Source: Asterias rubens | Taxonomy: Eukaryota | DNA: 64,000 bases | NCBI RefSeq assembly: GCF_902459465.1 | Contig: NC_047075.1 | Location: 4,402,001 to 4,466,000, forward strand | Direction of reading: 5' to 3' | Part shown: positions 61,626 through 64,000 of the stretch, one piece after another | How positions within the stretch are numbered: the first letter of the stretch is position 1 | How the letters are laid out: every line of letters begins with the position of its first letter | Program-made: the position numbers and the translations under genes | Notes under the pieces: generated by a model | What the model saw: only the letters and a program-made list of their open reading frames with translations | Databases searched by the model: none | What the model was told of the DNA's origin: nothing

Positions 61626-64000
61626 GCTATTTGAACGTACCGGGCAGACCGGGGTCGACCCAGGGAAGCTAAACGAACGCACCCAATGTAAAGCGCATTG
61701 ATGGTTTATTGTAAAATGTCTTATTATTAATTTGCTATCGTTTGTTTTAGCTATCATTTGTTTTTAGATTCCTTGAATCAGTCTAGGAAAATGAATATCA
61801 TTTTTTGAGTTATAATGCCAAGCTATACTGTACGTACTAATATATGCGTTTGTATTTGTAAAAATAATAAGGTTTATTGTGTTTCAGGGTAGGCAGTGGG
61901 GGCATAGGCTGACCGCGGTGTACATTTACGTTGTCGTGCACGACGTGCACATGCATGTCCTATATCTTTGTGTGGGTTCAACAGCGCCCTCAACTGATAT
62001 GCTATTCACTGTAGTACCTTATCATCTTTTTCAAATGGGAGACTTGGCTCATTGCCGTATCAAATCAAGGGCTTTTTGCCTCTTGTTAACCAGGCAACTT
62101 TTTAAGGACAAAAAATGGCGTAGTAAACAACATAAATTCTCCTGCCATACCACAGTTAATAACCAGGATGTACCTTTAAGTCGCATACATGGCATAGGGC
62201 TAAACGGCACTGGACACTTTTGGTAATTACTCAAAGTAATTGTTAGCATAAAAACTTACTTAGTAACGAGCAATGGAGAGCTGTTGATAGTAAAACACAT
62301 TGTGATAAACAGCTCCCTCTGAAGTAACGTAGTTTTTGTGAAAGACATAGTTTCTCACCCAAATAATATTTGAATTGAAACAAGACCTCAGCTGCGGTCT
62401 CGAATTCAAGCATCTGAAAGCACACAGCTTACAGTGCAACAAGAGTTTTTTTCTTCCATTATTCTCACACAACTTCGACAACCAATTGATTTCAAATTTT
62501 AACAGTTTTTTTATGCATGTTGAGATACACCAAGTGAGCAAGACAGATCGTTGACAATTACCACAGGTCTCCAGTACCTTTAACTGTTAAAGGAACACGT
62601 TGCCTTGGATCGGACGAACTGGTCTATAAAAAGCGTTTGAAACCTTTTGTTATGAAATGCTAATGGTTAGAAAGATGTTTTAAAGTAGAATATATTGATC
62701 TACAAAAGTATCACTCAAAATTGCACGTTTTTCATTATACGTCGCGAACTAACACGGTCGGCCATTTATGGGAGTCAAAAATTTGACTCCCATAAATGGC
62801 TGACCGTGTTAGTCGACGAGGTAAAAAGAAAACCACGCAATTTCGAGGCATATTAATGCAGAGCATTGTATTCTACTTTTACAACATCTTTCTAACCATA
62901 CCGATTTTATAACAAACGGTTACAGAATGCTTTTCAAGGACCAACTCGACCGATCCAAAGCAACGTGTTCCTGTAAGTGTTATATAGTAAGGCATATTGA
63001 TTGAATACAGTCCACACAATAATCTCAACCTGAAAGTCGGGCAGAACGAAAGCGGATACTATGCAAAAAGTTGACTCTTTTGTCACCATTATACATGTAC
63101 AATGTAGCTAACAGCAAACTCAAAGCTGTCTTGTATTTTAGGAAGTGCCCTGATGCTGAAGTAACGTAGGGCATTATACACGTACTTGTAAACCAGTTAA
63201 GTATTATATTGAAAATATTGATCGTGCAATTAACACAACCATCTCAACTTGAAGAAGCCGTCAGACCATTGTGATGGAAAAACCCTGCTCTACTGGAGTA
63301 CAATGAAAGGGCTAAACTATAGAAGCATTAGTGAAAAGGTTTTCAATAGGCAATTAGTCAGGAAATTATTACACCACAGGCGTAAGCAGAGCGGGAAGAG
63401 CAGAGCCAATGAAAACACGCTACAGATGATGATGGTGTATGTCTTCAAGCTTTTGTCTTGTGCCATTTTTCTTTCTTTTGCTCTCACTCTCTCATCGCTG
63501 TGAAATGCTGATGTCAATGGGTGGAGTTTAAAATTGGTTGCGACCGAAGATGTGGTTCATTTAATCCGTCTATGAAGAACCGTCAGTGTCAGGACATCTT
63601 TTCACAGTCAGTTAAAGGGGGAAAATTAACACAAAAAACATCTCTCTGATAGAATCCACGAACATTCATCATGGAAGTTATGATGATCATAATCTTGGTT
63701 AAGACTTTGATGGTACAAACCTGCCAGGGTGAAAACCAACAACAGTTCAGCGAAACGTTTTACCTGGCTGAAAACCAAGCCTTACTGAATCATGTGTTTC
63801 AGTTGAAGACTGTATCTTCTCCTGTGATCTGTGGGCGAGACTGCTCTATGGATCCACAGTGTGCATCATTCAACTACCACATCATAAAAGGTATTTGTGA
63901 ATTGAATAATGCCAGCAGAGCCCACAGCCCTGATGACTTTGTTGAGATTCAAGGAAGTGCCTACTATGATGACAACTTGGACACTTTATCATTTTCACTA
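61626..64000 (+). repeat. Segmental duplication block XY, copy 2 (5' flank and start of F4)
   Basis: Matches 44454-46597. Lacks the 45423-45797 MITE and has about 640 extra nt at about 62240-62880. Confidence 0.9.
63671..64000 (+). CDS. PAN/Apple + FReD paralog F4 (5' part; runs off the window)
   Basis: Nearly identical to the first 330 nt of F1 (MEVMMIIILVKTLMVQTCQG...). Three differences seen (EPF>ETF, one silent, NIA>NNA). No stop within the window. Confidence 0.85.
   Translation, partial: MEVMMIIILVKTLMVQTCQGENQQQFSETFYLAENQALLNHVFQLKTVSSPVICGRDCSMDPQCASFNYHIIKGICELNNASRAHSPDDFVEIQGSAYYDDNLDTLSFSL

Overview
Intron-rich, AT-rich animal genomic DNA. A marine invertebrate such as an echinoderm is suggested by gene content and repeat types (inference). 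There are no prokaryotic features, rRNA or CRISPR. Content: (1) two tandem pectin-acetylesterase/Notum-family hydrolase genes on + (1300-4772, 5'-incomplete; 17659-23586) with identical intron positions and plant-PAE-like rather than Notum-like motifs; (2) between them, an intron-containing coiled-coil + fibrinogen-domain (FReD) pseudogene and a decayed duplicate of its first exon; (3) a large minus-strand gene (at least 11 exons, 28262-43904, at least 2224 aa) with a reduced WSC-like N-terminus, an Asp-box C-terminal region and one 5317-nt exon encoding at least 26 CX3CX6CX3C modules, many N-glycosylation sequons and a basic Cys-free segment between two furin-type sites; (4) a rearranging tandem array of PAN/Apple + FReD genes with uninterrupted CDS (two intact, one chimeric pseudogene, one cut by the window end, plus C-terminal relics) inside overlapping segmental duplications; (5) many MITEs (TTAA/Kolobok-like, PIF/Harbinger-like, hAT-like), L2/CR1 LINE tails, tRNA-derived SINEs, long palindromic TIR-less repeats with a shared GAA mini-hairpin apex, and Penelope-type hammerhead ribozyme motifs. 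Exon models were spliced by hand from GT-AG sites and phase consistency; no database searches were run.
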